In this document: positions 1-8,588 of the stretch, in pieces
Position numbering within the stretch: position 1 is the stretch's first letter
How the letters are laid out: each line of letters opens with the position of its first letter
From: Methanobacteriota archaeon
GTDB lineage: Archaea; Methanobacteriota_B; Thermococci; Methanofastidiosales; Methanofastidiosaceae
Assembly (NCBI GenBank): GCA_023622545.1
Contig: JAMNZA010000140.1
Location: forward strand, 1 to 41,900
Direction: 5' to 3'
DNA length: 41,900 bases
Notes under the pieces: model-generated
Told to the model about the DNA's origin: nothing
Database searches by the model: none
Seen by the model: the letters and a program-made list of their open reading frames with translations, nothing else
Program-made: the position numbers and the translations under genes

Positions 1-84
1 GCACCAGCAATGGGTCTACTCGTTGGTATAATCTTACACATTCTAGTTGAAAGAGAACCAAGTGGCGAAAAGAAGAAGAAATAA
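1..84 (+). CDS. 3' end of an upstream gene; hydrophobic segment plus Lys-rich tail, product unknown
   Basis: Frame 1 is open from the window edge and reads APAMGLLVGIILHILVEREPSGEKKKK, then TAA at 82-84. Too little is visible for a family call. Confidence 0.3.
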   Translation, partial: APAMGLLVGIILHILVEREPSGEKKKK

Positions 85-166
85 ATAAATTAATTTATTT
101 TATTTTTTATATTTATTTTAGAGTATATTAATTTAATAATAAATTAAAAAAGAATTATTTTTATCT

Positions 167-364
167 CTAATATTCTTCATTAGGGATTTTAGCCGCAATA
201 ATTATCCCTATAACCATAATAATTATCCCTAGTGGAAAAATACCATTTTCTATTGGTAAAAACTCTAACTTGATCCCAAATATATGAGAACTCATTATAA
301 GAAATCCTATTATGGCGACAATAACTCCGATTACAAGAGATGGTTTTATTTTCATCTTTCTCAT
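167..364 (-). CDS. small integral membrane protein (65 aa, two hydrophobic helices), function unknown
   Basis: ATG-initiated ORF. MRKMKIKPS is followed by two long hydrophobic stretches (LVIGVIVAIIGFLIM and FPLGIIIMVIGIIIAA). No motif recognised. Confidence 0.45.
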   Translation of the reverse strand: MRKMKIKPSLVIGVIVAIIGFLIMSSHIFGIKLEFLPIENGIFPLGIIIMVIGIIIAAKIPNEEY

Positions 365-570
365 GTTTCTTTACAAATTATATTTATTTAAATGATTTAT
401 GGTCTTAAACTATTTCTGAATACTAATAATAAAATAGTTTTAATTTAATTAATTCAACCAAAAACTTTATATATTGTTAGTTTAATCTAACTTTTGTAGC
501 ATAGCCTAATTCCAGACTTAGGTTTCCTACATTTTTATTTTTTTAATTTTTATATTTCAAATGTAATTAA

Positions 571-579
571 ATTTAAAAA
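571..579 (+). promoter_or_regulatory. candidate archaeal TATA box for tRNA-Ala
   Basis: ATTTAAAAA is centred about 27 nt upstream of the mature 5' end of the tRNA at 602, the usual archaeal TATA-to-start spacing. The background is AT-rich, so this is weak. Confidence 0.3.
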
Positions 580-601
580 CTATTTTTCACACTTAATTTT
601 A

Positions 602-675
602 GGGCTCGTAGCTCAGTTGGTATGAGCGCGGCATTCGCAATGCCGAGGCCGCGGGTTCAAATCCCGCCGAGTCCA
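602..675 (+). tRNA. tRNA-Ala (anticodon CGC)
   Basis: Hand-folded cloverleaf: acceptor GGGCTCG/CGAGTCC with the G3:U70 alanine identity pair; D arm GCTC..GAGC; anticodon stem CGGCA/TGCCG with loop TTCGCAA; T arm GCGGG-TTCAAAT-CCCGC; discriminator A. CCA is not encoded. Confidence 0.93.
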
Positions 676-688
676 CTAATGGGTAACT

Positions 689-696
689 TTTTTAAA
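689..696 (+). promoter_or_regulatory. candidate archaeal TATA box for tRNA-Val
   Basis: TTTTTAAA is centred about 25 nt upstream of tRNA-Val position 1 (718). Weak, because the spacer is AT-rich. Confidence 0.25.
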
Positions 697-717
697 CTTT
701 TACAATTATCATAAACT

Positions 718-791
718 GGGCCCATGGTCTAGTTGGTCATGACGTCACCCTCACACGGTGGAGGTCCTGGGTTCGAATCCCAGTGGGCCCA
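718..791 (+). tRNA. tRNA-Val (anticodon CAC)
   Basis: Acceptor GGGCCCA/TGGGCCC; anticodon stem TCACC/GGTGG with loop CTCACAC; T arm CTGGG-TTCGAAT-CCCAG; discriminator A; 74 nt. CCA is not encoded. Confidence 0.93.
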
Positions 792-830
792 TTATGGATT
801 ATAATTTCATTATTATCAGTAGGTGAAAAA

Positions 831-1766
831 TTGAAATACACTAAACAAGATTTTCTCAAAGAGTTTGGTAATAAAATATGGGTTTCACCGTTTGAAAAAA
901 TTGTTGTTATAGCTGACAAAGAAAAGAAACTAATCGAAATATATGAAAAACACCCTAGGAGTATGGCCACAGCTTCATGGGTAACATATCACTACCCCAA
1001 AGCATCTTCTCTAATCACTCAAGCAACGGGAGAAGGCTGCTATAGTTTTTTTAGAGTCAAAGAAGGGCGATGTGAATTGGATCTTAAAGCTGGAATCTCA
1101 GCTGCAGGCATTGAAGAAGTCAAAATAACCACCAATAAAATTTTGATTACCTATGCAGGCTTAGGAGGGGGCGGAGTTGGAGCCGTTCTCAATAGGGGAC
1201 TTGCAAATGGGGTAGAAGAAATTGAAATCTTAGACTATGGTGGCGGTGGAGGATTAAGCAGGGCTAGACTCACATTCAACCTAAAAGAGAAAATTGTTGT
1301 AGGTGTTGATGATACCGATACAAAGGAAGAAGGTGCAACATGGTCATTGGCAAATGAACTAGCCTATAAAGTTGAACAAGAAGGGGTTGCAGATTACCTT
1401 AGACATACATTGGTCCAACTTTATCCTAAGAACCCTCATAAAACTCAAAACTGCGTTAGCACAGCATTAACATTCGGCGTAGAGCCAAATAAAGTAAAAT
1501 TGTTTAAAGATAGAATATTCGAACTTTTTGATAAGCATACACTGTCAAAGGAAACTGGTTTAGTTGTTCTACCAGGAATAGGCATAGATAAAGAGCTTAG
1601 AGACTATTCTTATAAAGTTAAATCCTCTATGGTATCAATTGAAGAGGCAATTGATTTCTCCAAAAAATTAAAGAACTTAGAAGTATTAATGAATAAATGG
1701 GGATTGATAGGGGCAATCGCTGCTTTAGGATACTCTGAAGATCCCAATGAGGCTGTAAGATTATGA
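831..1766 (+). CDS. TiaS kinase-domain (TCKD)-like protein with a Gly-rich N-terminal domain; resembles the 'methanogenesis marker protein 11' family
   Basis: The ORF is open from 783, but 783-791 lie inside tRNA-Val. An in-frame TTG at 831 follows AGGTGA (821-826). The C-terminal half (VVGVDDTDTKEEGATWSLANELA ... LVQLYPKNPHKTQNCVSTALTF ... NKWGLIGAIAALGY) matches, from memory, the N-terminal domain of archaeal tRNA-Ile2 agmatidine synthetase TiaS (GIDDTDS.., LNP..P.KT, GLIGA.AA.G). The N-terminal half has poly-Gly loops GLGGGGVGA and DYGGGGGLS. The coding call is firm; the family call is tentative. Confidence 0.6.
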   Translation: MKYTKQDFLKEFGNKIWVSPFEKIVVIADKEKKLIEIYEKHPRSMATASWVTYHYPKASSLITQATGEGCYSFFRVKEGRCELDLKAGISAAGIEEVKITTNKILITYAGLGGGGVGAVLNRGLANGVEEIEILDYGGGGGLSRARLTFNLKEKIVVGVDDTDTKEEGATWSLANELAYKVEQEGVADYLRHTLVQLYPKNPHKTQNCVSTALTFGVEPNKVKLFKDRIFELFDKHTLSKETGLVVLPGIGIDKELRDYSYKVKSSMVSIEEAIDFSKKLKNLEVLMNKWGLIGAIAALGYSEDPNEAVRL

Positions 1767-2941
1767 AATCATTTGTTAGCCCTTATAATTTTGTTAATGA
1801 TGTTGATCTAAAGGTAGATCCAAAAAAAATAATCGTTTATGATACAACTTTGAGGGATGGGGAACAGACGCCGGGGATATGTTTTACGCCTGATGAAAAA
1901 ATAGAAATCGCAGTCAAACTGGATGAACTCGGTGTCCCTCAAATTGAGGCAGGGTTCCCTGTAGTTTCTGATGGAGAAAGAAGGGCAATTAGAAACATAA
2001 TGAAACAATCATTAAACTCAGAAATCCTTGCCTTGACTAGAACTATAAAAAGCGATATTGACATTGCTTTGTCTTGTGACGTTGATGGTATCATTACCTT
2101 CATAGGATCTTCTGACCTTCATTTAAAATACAAGTTAAAGATGACCAGAGAACAGGCTCTTTCTAAAGCAGTTGAAGCAGTTGAATATGGTAAGAGTCAT
2201 GGGCTCTTTGTCGCCTTTACTGCAGAGGACTCCACTAGAACAGATTTAGATTTCATCTTGGATCTTTTTAGAGCTGCAACAGATGCAGGCGCAGATAGAG
2301 TGCATATTGCAGATACAACAGGATCGATAAGGCCTATGGGAATGAAATACTTGATCACACAAATAAAAAATAATATTGATAATACGATAGGCATACACTG
2401 TCACGATGATTTTGGCCTTGCTGTGGCTAACTCTCTTGCAGCATTTGAAGCAGGGGCTATGGCCATCTCCACAACGGTTAACGGGATAGGTGAAAGAGCG
2501 GGAAACGCATCACTTGAAGAAATTATTATGAATCTTCGGATGCTGTATGGAATAGAAATGCCTTTCAAATATGAAGTTTTATATGAGCTCTCAAGATTAG
2601 TTGAAAAATATACTACCATGCCAGTACCAAAAAATAAAGCTATAGTGGGGGACAACGTATTCTCCCATGAATCTGGTATTCACGTTTCTGCTATCAGATC
2701 AGAACCTCTAACTTATGAGCCTTACACGCCTGAATTTGTAGGACAGAAGAGAAAGATTATCCTTGGAAAACATTGCGGCATGAGTTCCATTGAATATAAA
2801 TTGGATGAATTGGGTTTATCTGTACCTGAAAGTGAAAAAGAGATTCTTATCCTTAAAATAAAAGAGATGGCAGAAAGAGGGGCCAAAGTTGGAGATAAAG
2901 AATTTAAGAATATGGTACAAGAAGTTCTTTCAAAGGTATAA
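1763..2941 (+). CDS. homocitrate / 2-isopropylmalate / citramalate synthase family enzyme, short form (AksA/NifV-like)
   Basis: ATG overlaps the upstream stop (ATGA at 1763-1766). Motifs DTTLRDGEQ and GIHCHDDFGLAVANS (HxH metal site) are present. At 392 aa it lacks the LeuA-type C-terminal regulatory domain. Confidence 0.85.
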   Translation: MKSFVSPYNFVNDVDLKVDPKKIIVYDTTLRDGEQTPGICFTPDEKIEIAVKLDELGVPQIEAGFPVVSDGERRAIRNIMKQSLNSEILALTRTIKSDIDIALSCDVDGIITFIGSSDLHLKYKLKMTREQALSKAVEAVEYGKSHGLFVAFTAEDSTRTDLDFILDLFRAATDAGADRVHIADTTGSIRPMGMKYLITQIKNNIDNTIGIHCHDDFGLAVANSLAAFEAGAMAISTTVNGIGERAGNASLEEIIMNLRMLYGIEMPFKYEVLYELSRLVEKYTTMPVPKNKAIVGDNVFSHESGIHVSAIRSEPLTYEPYTPEFVGQKRKIILGKHCGMSSIEYKLDELGLSVPESEKEILILKIKEMAERGAKVGDKEFKNMVQEVLSKV

Positions 2942-2944
2942 ATA

Positions 2945-4537
2945 ATGAAAAGTTCTTACTCTGGAGCAGAGATTATAGCGAGGGGTATTAAGGATTCCGG
3001 AGTTGAAACACTTTTTTGGTACCCGGGAAGGGAAATATTGCCTCTTTATCATCAACTGAAAGATCTTGGTATATCTATAATTCGTTCCTCTCATGAACAG
3101 TGTGCCGTTCACAGTGCTGATGGGTATTACCGGGCAAGTGGCAGGATCTCCTCTGCATTGACTTCAACTGGCCCAGGTTCAGTTAATGCTATGATGGGTT
3201 TATCCTGCGCATACAAAGATGGCTCATCCTTAGTACTTCTTACGGGTCAAGTACCAACTAATAAAATTGGGACTGATTCATTTGAGGAAGTAGATTTACT
3301 ATCAATGACATCACCTGTTACAAAGAAGAATCTGAGATTAGAAAACGATTTTTACGGACAGATAAGAAGCTCATTTAACGAAGCTTTGTCAGGAAGGCCA
3401 CGCCCAGTCCATGTTGAAATTCCAACTGATATATTAGAGCAATATTATCCAATAGATTTTGAATATTCAAAGGATAGGGAAATAATTAAACTTGACATCG
3501 AAAAGATTAAATTCGCAATAAAATTGATAAATGATTCAAAAAGACCTTTAATTCTTGCAGGATACGGGGCAATTAACTCTAATTCTAGTCAGGAAATACG
3601 TTCCCTTTCCTATAAGATAGGTGCCCCAGTAATTACAACACTTCCAGGTAGGGGGGTTATAGATGAGGACGATATCTATTGTTTTGGGACAATAGGTGTT
3701 AGAGGGACAAACAATGCCAAGACTGCATTTGAAAAATCGGATCTTATAATATCAATGGGGGTCAAATTCTCAGATAGGACATCTTATGCAATAGATGATA
3801 ATTCAAAGCATATAATAGACATTGACATAGAGAAGACTAGAAAGAACATTCCTTTTGATATCTCATTTGTAGGCAGTATTAAGGAGATAATTAACAATAT
3901 TACTTTAGGAGTTTCAAGAAAAAATGATCTTTGGATAAAGAAAAAGCCTACAAAAAAAATAGAAGGAATTTCATCTTCTTCAAAACCTTTGAAGCCCCAG
4001 AAGGTAATCTATGATATACTTGAGAAACTGGATAAAAATGATATTGTCATCACAGATACAGGCTCTATAACTGTATGGACACATTTATTGAAGAAGGTTC
4101 ATTTTCCAAGGACATTCATATGCTCATACTCATTCGGAGCAATGGGATTTGGTTTACCCGCTTCTATAGGTGCAAAATTATCGAATGATGAAAAAAGAGT
4201 AGTGCTAATTACCGGCGATGGCGGGCTTTTGATGGTTCTAGGAGAACTATTGACTCTTTCTGAAAATGATATAGACGTTAAAATCTTCTTGATAAATAAC
4301 GGCGTTCTAGGAACAATTAAACAGTACGAAGATGCTAAATTTGGTGGAAAATATTCCTTTTCACTCGGCGAGAAAGATTTCGTATCGATATCCAGAGGAT
4401 TAGGGGTATCTGCAGAAAGAGCTGAAGATAAAGGTGAGCTTAAAAAAGGAATCAAAGAAACACTAGATTCTGAAGGCTCTATGCTTTTGGATATCTTGAC
4501 TGACCCCAACCAAAAAGTTCCTTCAGGTGGAATTTAG
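2945..4537 (+). CDS. thiamine-diphosphate-dependent enzyme, acetolactate synthase large-subunit-like
   Basis: Starts 3 nt after the previous stop. N-terminal PYR domain (GAEIIARGIKDSGVETLFWYPGREILPLY ... SHEQCAVHSADGYYRASG). C-terminal TPP motif GDGGLLM...NNGVLG. At 530 aa it is shorter than canonical IlvB. Confidence 0.85.
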   Translation: MKSSYSGAEIIARGIKDSGVETLFWYPGREILPLYHQLKDLGISIIRSSHEQCAVHSADGYYRASGRISSALTSTGPGSVNAMMGLSCAYKDGSSLVLLTGQVPTNKIGTDSFEEVDLLSMTSPVTKKNLRLENDFYGQIRSSFNEALSGRPRPVHVEIPTDILEQYYPIDFEYSKDREIIKLDIEKIKFAIKLINDSKRPLILAGYGAINSNSSQEIRSLSYKIGAPVITTLPGRGVIDEDDIYCFGTIGVRGTNNAKTAFEKSDLIISMGVKFSDRTSYAIDDNSKHIIDIDIEKTRKNIPFDISFVGSIKEIINNITLGVSRKNDLWIKKKPTKKIEGISSSSKPLKPQKVIYDILEKLDKNDIVITDTGSITVWTHLLKKVHFPRTFICSYSFGAMGFGLPASIGAKLSNDEKRVVLITGDGGLLMVLGELLTLSENDIDVKIFLINNGVLGTIKQYEDAKFGGKYSFSLGEKDFVSISRGLGVSAERAEDKGELKKGIKETLDSEGSMLLDILTDPNQKVPSGGI

Positions 4538-5752
4538 GATATTATAACCCAACTTCTTTCCCAAAGCCATAAGTGTTAAAACAGGTGGTGCACCAGGCGC
4601 CTCTGGCAGTATACTTGCATCGCAAACATAGAATCCCATTTCTGTTCTGAAGTTGTTATCTACTGTAATGCCTATAGGTGCTGTCCCTCCAGGATGGGCG
4701 CCACTTGCTTCCGTTGAAACTATTTTTTCTACGCCAGATTTAATTAATATCTTAGAAGCAATAGCAACACCATTTGCGATTCTCTGCGCATCTTTTCCAG
4801 TACAGGATTTCTCAATATATGTTTTAGAAACTTGTCCATAGGGATCATCCTTAATTTTAATCATTATACAGAATAAGTTATCTCTTCTAACTTCAATATT
4901 TTTTTCATTAAGGATTTTCAGAATTCTTTCTGAGTAGTAAGGAGAAATTAAGAAATCATTGAATGGGATATAGCAGGCCATCTGTATCTCGTCCTTAAAT
5001 GAACTTTCTATTTTCCCACCAATTGTAACAAAAATATCGGTAAATAGTCTTTTTGGAGTCTTTATTCCAGAATTATTTAGGATTTTTGGGGTATCAAGTG
5101 CGCCAGCGCTCAGAATTACATTCTTTGCAGGGATATCAAGATGTCTTCCATTTTCCTTTCCTTCAACTATGAATCCTTTACCATTCTTTCTTATTTTTGT
5201 TGCTTCGTAATTTGTCTTTAGCTCTGCATTTTTTGATAGTGATTTTTCTATGTAGTAGAGAGAAGTATTTTTTGCCTGAAATTGGCACCCCATATTGCAT
5301 TTGCCACAACTCTTACATTTCTTAAAATCAATCATCTTTGGCATTATTATGGGGTCGTACCCTAGCTCCTTTGCCTTTTCAATGAAAAGTTTTGTCCTGC
5401 CGCCTAGCATGTTCTCAGGTATTTTCTTAATTGAAAGATCTCTTTCAACTTCGTCAAGTTCTTTTTTTAGGTCTATTCCAAGACTTTTTAGTTCTTTTTC
5501 TTGAGCCCTTACACCGTTTGCAATAGCCAATAGTGTAGTCCCACCAACTGCAGTCCCACTTAGAATATCGACTCCGCCGTGTTTTCCAAAATCTTTATTC
5601 TGAGATGTCCTTACATAGCTCTTGTGAGCTTCGTTTAAAGAAAGATGTTGACCCTTCTCTAGTATTAAAACTTTATAATTGGAAGATAGTTTTTCTGCTA
5701 CTGTTGCCCCACTAGCTCCACTCCCAATTATTACAAAGTCATATTTTTCCAT
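4523..5752 (-). CDS. FAD-dependent oxidoreductase, GMC-family-like
   Basis: N-terminal Rossmann motif DFVIIGSGASGATVAEKL..ILEKG; Cys cluster CKSCGKCNMGCQFQAK; C-terminal GGTAPIG...CDASILPEAPGAPPVLTLMALG, typical of the GMC C-terminal domain. Lies 13 nt downstream of argH. Confidence 0.75.
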   Translation of the reverse strand: MEKYDFVIIGSGASGATVAEKLSSNYKVLILEKGQHLSLNEAHKSYVRTSQNKDFGKHGGVDILSGTAVGGTTLLAIANGVRAQEKELKSLGIDLKKELDEVERDLSIKKIPENMLGGRTKLFIEKAKELGYDPIIMPKMIDFKKCKSCGKCNMGCQFQAKNTSLYYIEKSLSKNAELKTNYEATKIRKNGKGFIVEGKENGRHLDIPAKNVILSAGALDTPKILNNSGIKTPKRLFTDIFVTIGGKIESSFKDEIQMACYIPFNDFLISPYYSERILKILNEKNIEVRRDNLFCIMIKIKDDPYGQVSKTYIEKSCTGKDAQRIANGVAIASKILIKSGVEKIVSTEASGAHPGGTAPIGITVDNNFRTEMGFYVCDASILPEAPGAPPVLTLMALGKKLGYNILNST

Positions 5753-5765
5753 AATTCACCAAGAA

Positions 5766-7115
5766 CTACTTCTTGATAAGGAGGTTTATCTTTTTCTTAA
5801 ATGAATTTTTCTTTGATAGAACTTCCTTCTCTTCTTCTTTTATTTTCTTTTCAATTTTATCTAATCCGAGATTTCCAGTAGCTCCAGTATGCTTCTTTGA
5901 TTTTATATTCTTAACAGGATCTTTGTTACTCAAGGACTCTAGATTTACACCTACGTCTTTGTATGCATCTCTGAAAGGATAGCCTTCTTTTACAAGTTCC
6001 AAGACTCTATCTGTTGCGTATAGCTCAGGGGTAAATGATTCTATTAGTTTCTCTTTGTTCACAGTAATTTTTGGGATGAAATAACCTAGGATATAGAGAG
6101 TTTGCTCTGTAATCTGAAAACTTTCTATTAATGGCCCCTTTGTAAGTTGGAAATCTCTATTGTAGCCAGAGTAAAGTGAAGTGATAATATTCGTCACCCT
6201 TGCATAGAGTGAGTTCACAATGTGCGCTTTGGCCCTAGTTAACTCCAATAATGCAGGATTTCTCTTTTGTGGCATTAAGCTTGAGCCACCACAAAACTCC
6301 TCCGGCAAAGTGAAATAATTAAATTCAGGTATCGAGAATAAGATAAGATCATTTGCAAACTTTGAAAGATCCATCATTACTTGGGATAGTGCAAATATTA
6401 TTATCGATTCAGTCTTGCCCCTACTATTGTTTGCATAGAGGACGTTATTTTGTACTTTTTCAAATCCTAGAAGTGATGCCACATACTCCCTATCAATATC
6501 TAGATTCACCCCATAGCTTGCAGCACTTCCAAGAGGTGATTGGTCATTTATAGTGTATGCACATTTTAATAGATAAAGATCATCGAGAAGACTTTCTAAG
6601 ATTGAACTTGCCCATAGCGCTACTGACGAGGGCATTGCCCTTTGGGTATGTGTCCTCCCAGGCATTGGAATAAATTCATTTTCTTTTGAGAATTGTAATA
6701 AGATACTACAAAGGCCAAGGACACTCTCCATTACATTGAGTAATCTTTCTTTAGAGTATAATCTAATGTCTAATAGAATTTGGTCATTCCTACTTCTTGC
6801 CGTGTGAATTTTCTTTCCAGTATCTCCTAAAGTTGCTGTTACTAAATTTTCCACAGCAGTGTGTACATCTTCATCTTCTTTTTTAATGATAAATCTGCCT
6901 TTCTCATGAAGCTGCAGAATATCGATTAAGCTTCTCTTGATTTTAATAAGTTCTTCATCAGAAAGAATGCCTATTTTATTAAGCATAGTTGAATGAGCAA
7001 TATTACCATAGATATCAGCTTTAACTAGATTCATATCTTGAATATAGTCATCGCCAACAGTAAAATCTTCGACATTTTTATCGAGTTCATATTTTTTTTT
7101 CCAAAGTTTAGCCAT
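5766..7115 (-). CDS. argH: argininosuccinate lyase
   Basis: Fumarate-lyase superfamily signature GGSSLMPQKRNP. Length and N-terminal pattern (LWKKKYE..., DIYGNIAHSTML) are typical of ArgH. Sits immediately downstream of argG. Confidence 0.93.
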   Translation of the reverse strand: MAKLWKKKYELDKNVEDFTVGDDYIQDMNLVKADIYGNIAHSTMLNKIGILSDEELIKIKRSLIDILQLHEKGRFIIKKEDEDVHTAVENLVTATLGDTGKKIHTARSRNDQILLDIRLYSKERLLNVMESVLGLCSILLQFSKENEFIPMPGRTHTQRAMPSSVALWASSILESLLDDLYLLKCAYTINDQSPLGSAASYGVNLDIDREYVASLLGFEKVQNNVLYANNSRGKTESIIIFALSQVMMDLSKFANDLILFSIPEFNYFTLPEEFCGGSSLMPQKRNPALLELTRAKAHIVNSLYARVTNIITSLYSGYNRDFQLTKGPLIESFQITEQTLYILGYFIPKITVNKEKLIESFTPELYATDRVLELVKEGYPFRDAYKDVGVNLESLSNKDPVKNIKSKKHTGATGNLGLDKIEKKIKEEEKEVLSKKNSFKKKINLLIKK

Positions 7116-7157
7116 TTAGATACTCCCATTATAAAATATAAAATAAAATTTAAAAAA

Positions 7158-8378
7158 TTATCTGGACCTTTTAGCCAAAACTTCGTACATTAGGCCCATA
7201 ACTTTTGCGGCATCCTTTGATATTCTCTGGTCAATTCCACCAACTTTAATTGACCTTATCTCAGGTGCAAAGAGTGATGACTCAGATTCCCTCTTTACAA
7301 TTTCTACGTTTCCTTTAAGCAATTTTACCTTGTATTTACCGTTAATATGTTCTTGGCTTTTCAAGATGTAACTGTCCAAAGAGTCTTTTAGTGGATGGAA
7401 CCATCCGCCATGATATACGAGATATCCCCATTTCTGTTCTACTATTTTTTTGAATAAGATCTCTTCTTTTGTCAGGCACATCTGTTCAAGGTCCTTGTGA
7501 AGTTTTAGAATAATTGTAGCAGCGGGGGCTTCATAGATCTCTCTACTTTTTAGGTTCATTATACCTTCTTCAAAGATATCTATTTTTCCTATTCCGTGCA
7601 TTCCGCCGATATAGTTTAGTTCAGTAAGTATCTCTAACAATCCAAGTTTCCTTCCATTTAGAGATACAGGCACACCACTCTCAAATTCTATTTCTACAAA
7701 TGTTGGTTCATCCGGAGCGTTTTCAATTGACCTTGTCCACATCCATAAATTATCTGGAAGCTCTTGATCGATATCTATTGCACCGCTTGCAATTGATCTG
7801 CACCAGAGAGTTTTGTCGTCTCCTCCAGTTATTTTTTCTGTTACATAGATTCCCCACAATTCGCAAAGTTTTTCTTCTTCTTTCCTTGTAAGGTCAAAAT
7901 CCCTTACAGGTACAAGGACATTAAGTGCAGGGGCAAATAGTTTGAAGACATTGTGCATTCTGTATTGGTCATTTCCTTTTCCACTTGATCCTTCCATTAG
8001 AGCGTCACAACCCAATTCTTTACCTTTAAGTGCAACTATTTTTGCGATTAACTGTCTCGTCATAGAAGTACTAACTGGATAGCCCATATAATCGGAGTTA
8101 GCCATTATTGCCATAGGGATCCATTTTTTTACAAATTCATCCTTTGCATCAATAATAATTGGCTCAATATCAAGTATCTTTGCTTTTTCAAATGCTATGT
8201 CCATCTCTTCTTTTCCTTGTCCAACATCGATCATTATAGGTACTATCTCTTCTGAGTGATAAACTCTTTTTAGAAGCTCTATACATAGACAAGAATCGAC
8301 TCCGCCAGAATAGGCGACTGCAACTTTCTTCACTGAGGGTATGTCAACCCCTTGAAATTTCTTTAGTATTTCTTCCAT
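7158..8378 (-). CDS. argG: argininosuccinate synthase
   Basis: PP-loop AYSGGVDS; GKGNDQYR; EIEFESGVPVSLNG; KSREIYEAPAA; LVYHGGWFHPL. All are collinear with the ArgG consensus. GGGAGGT sits 8 nt upstream of the ATG on the minus strand. Confidence 0.9.
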   Translation of the reverse strand: MEEILKKFQGVDIPSVKKVAVAYSGGVDSCLCIELLKRVYHSEEIVPIMIDVGQGKEEMDIAFEKAKILDIEPIIIDAKDEFVKKWIPMAIMANSDYMGYPVSTSMTRQLIAKIVALKGKELGCDALMEGSSGKGNDQYRMHNVFKLFAPALNVLVPVRDFDLTRKEEEKLCELWGIYVTEKITGGDDKTLWCRSIASGAIDIDQELPDNLWMWTRSIENAPDEPTFVEIEFESGVPVSLNGRKLGLLEILTELNYIGGMHGIGKIDIFEEGIMNLKSREIYEAPAATIILKLHKDLEQMCLTKEEILFKKIVEQKWGYLVYHGGWFHPLKDSLDSYILKSQEHINGKYKVKLLKGNVEIVKRESESSLFAPEIRSIKVGGIDQRISKDAAKVMGLMYEVLAKRSR

Positions 8379-8588
8379 AGGTAAAACCTCCCTTCGAATA
8401 TTTGGGCGACTTATAAGAATAATGACTAATCTGTATCAGAAATAGACTACTATGTATAATAATGTACAAAGTAAGAATTTAATTAATCTTTCCTTCTACT
8501 ATTACTACTATAATCCAATTCAATTAGCAAAAATAATATAAAATGTAGTACTAAATTAGATTAGTAATCACATATATGGGGCGATTAA

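Noticed and set aside
602-791. The tRNA pairs (602-791 and 19078-19230) as integration sites of a mobile element or provirus
   Set aside because: There is no integrase, transposase or viral gene anywhere in the window. I saw no duplicated tRNA 3'-end fragment. Flanking genes have the same composition and are ordinary metabolic or envelope genes.
737-970. 77-aa minus-strand ORF, and the GTG 783 start of the plus-strand ORF, both overlapping tRNA-Val
   Set aside because: Both would require coding sequence inside a well-folded tRNA gene. The plus-strand gene has a better start (TTG 831 with AGGTGA). The minus ORF has no support.
4099-4509. 136-aa antisense ORF inside the TPP enzyme gene. Similar antisense ORFs lie inside the Lon-like gene (31792-32229, 32446-32724, 33133-33476), MFS gene, UvrA and others.
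   Set aside because: All are embedded opposite well-supported genes. Their products are Ser/Pro/Ile-rich with no recognisable domains. In AT-rich genomes, stop-free antisense frames of this length arise by chance.
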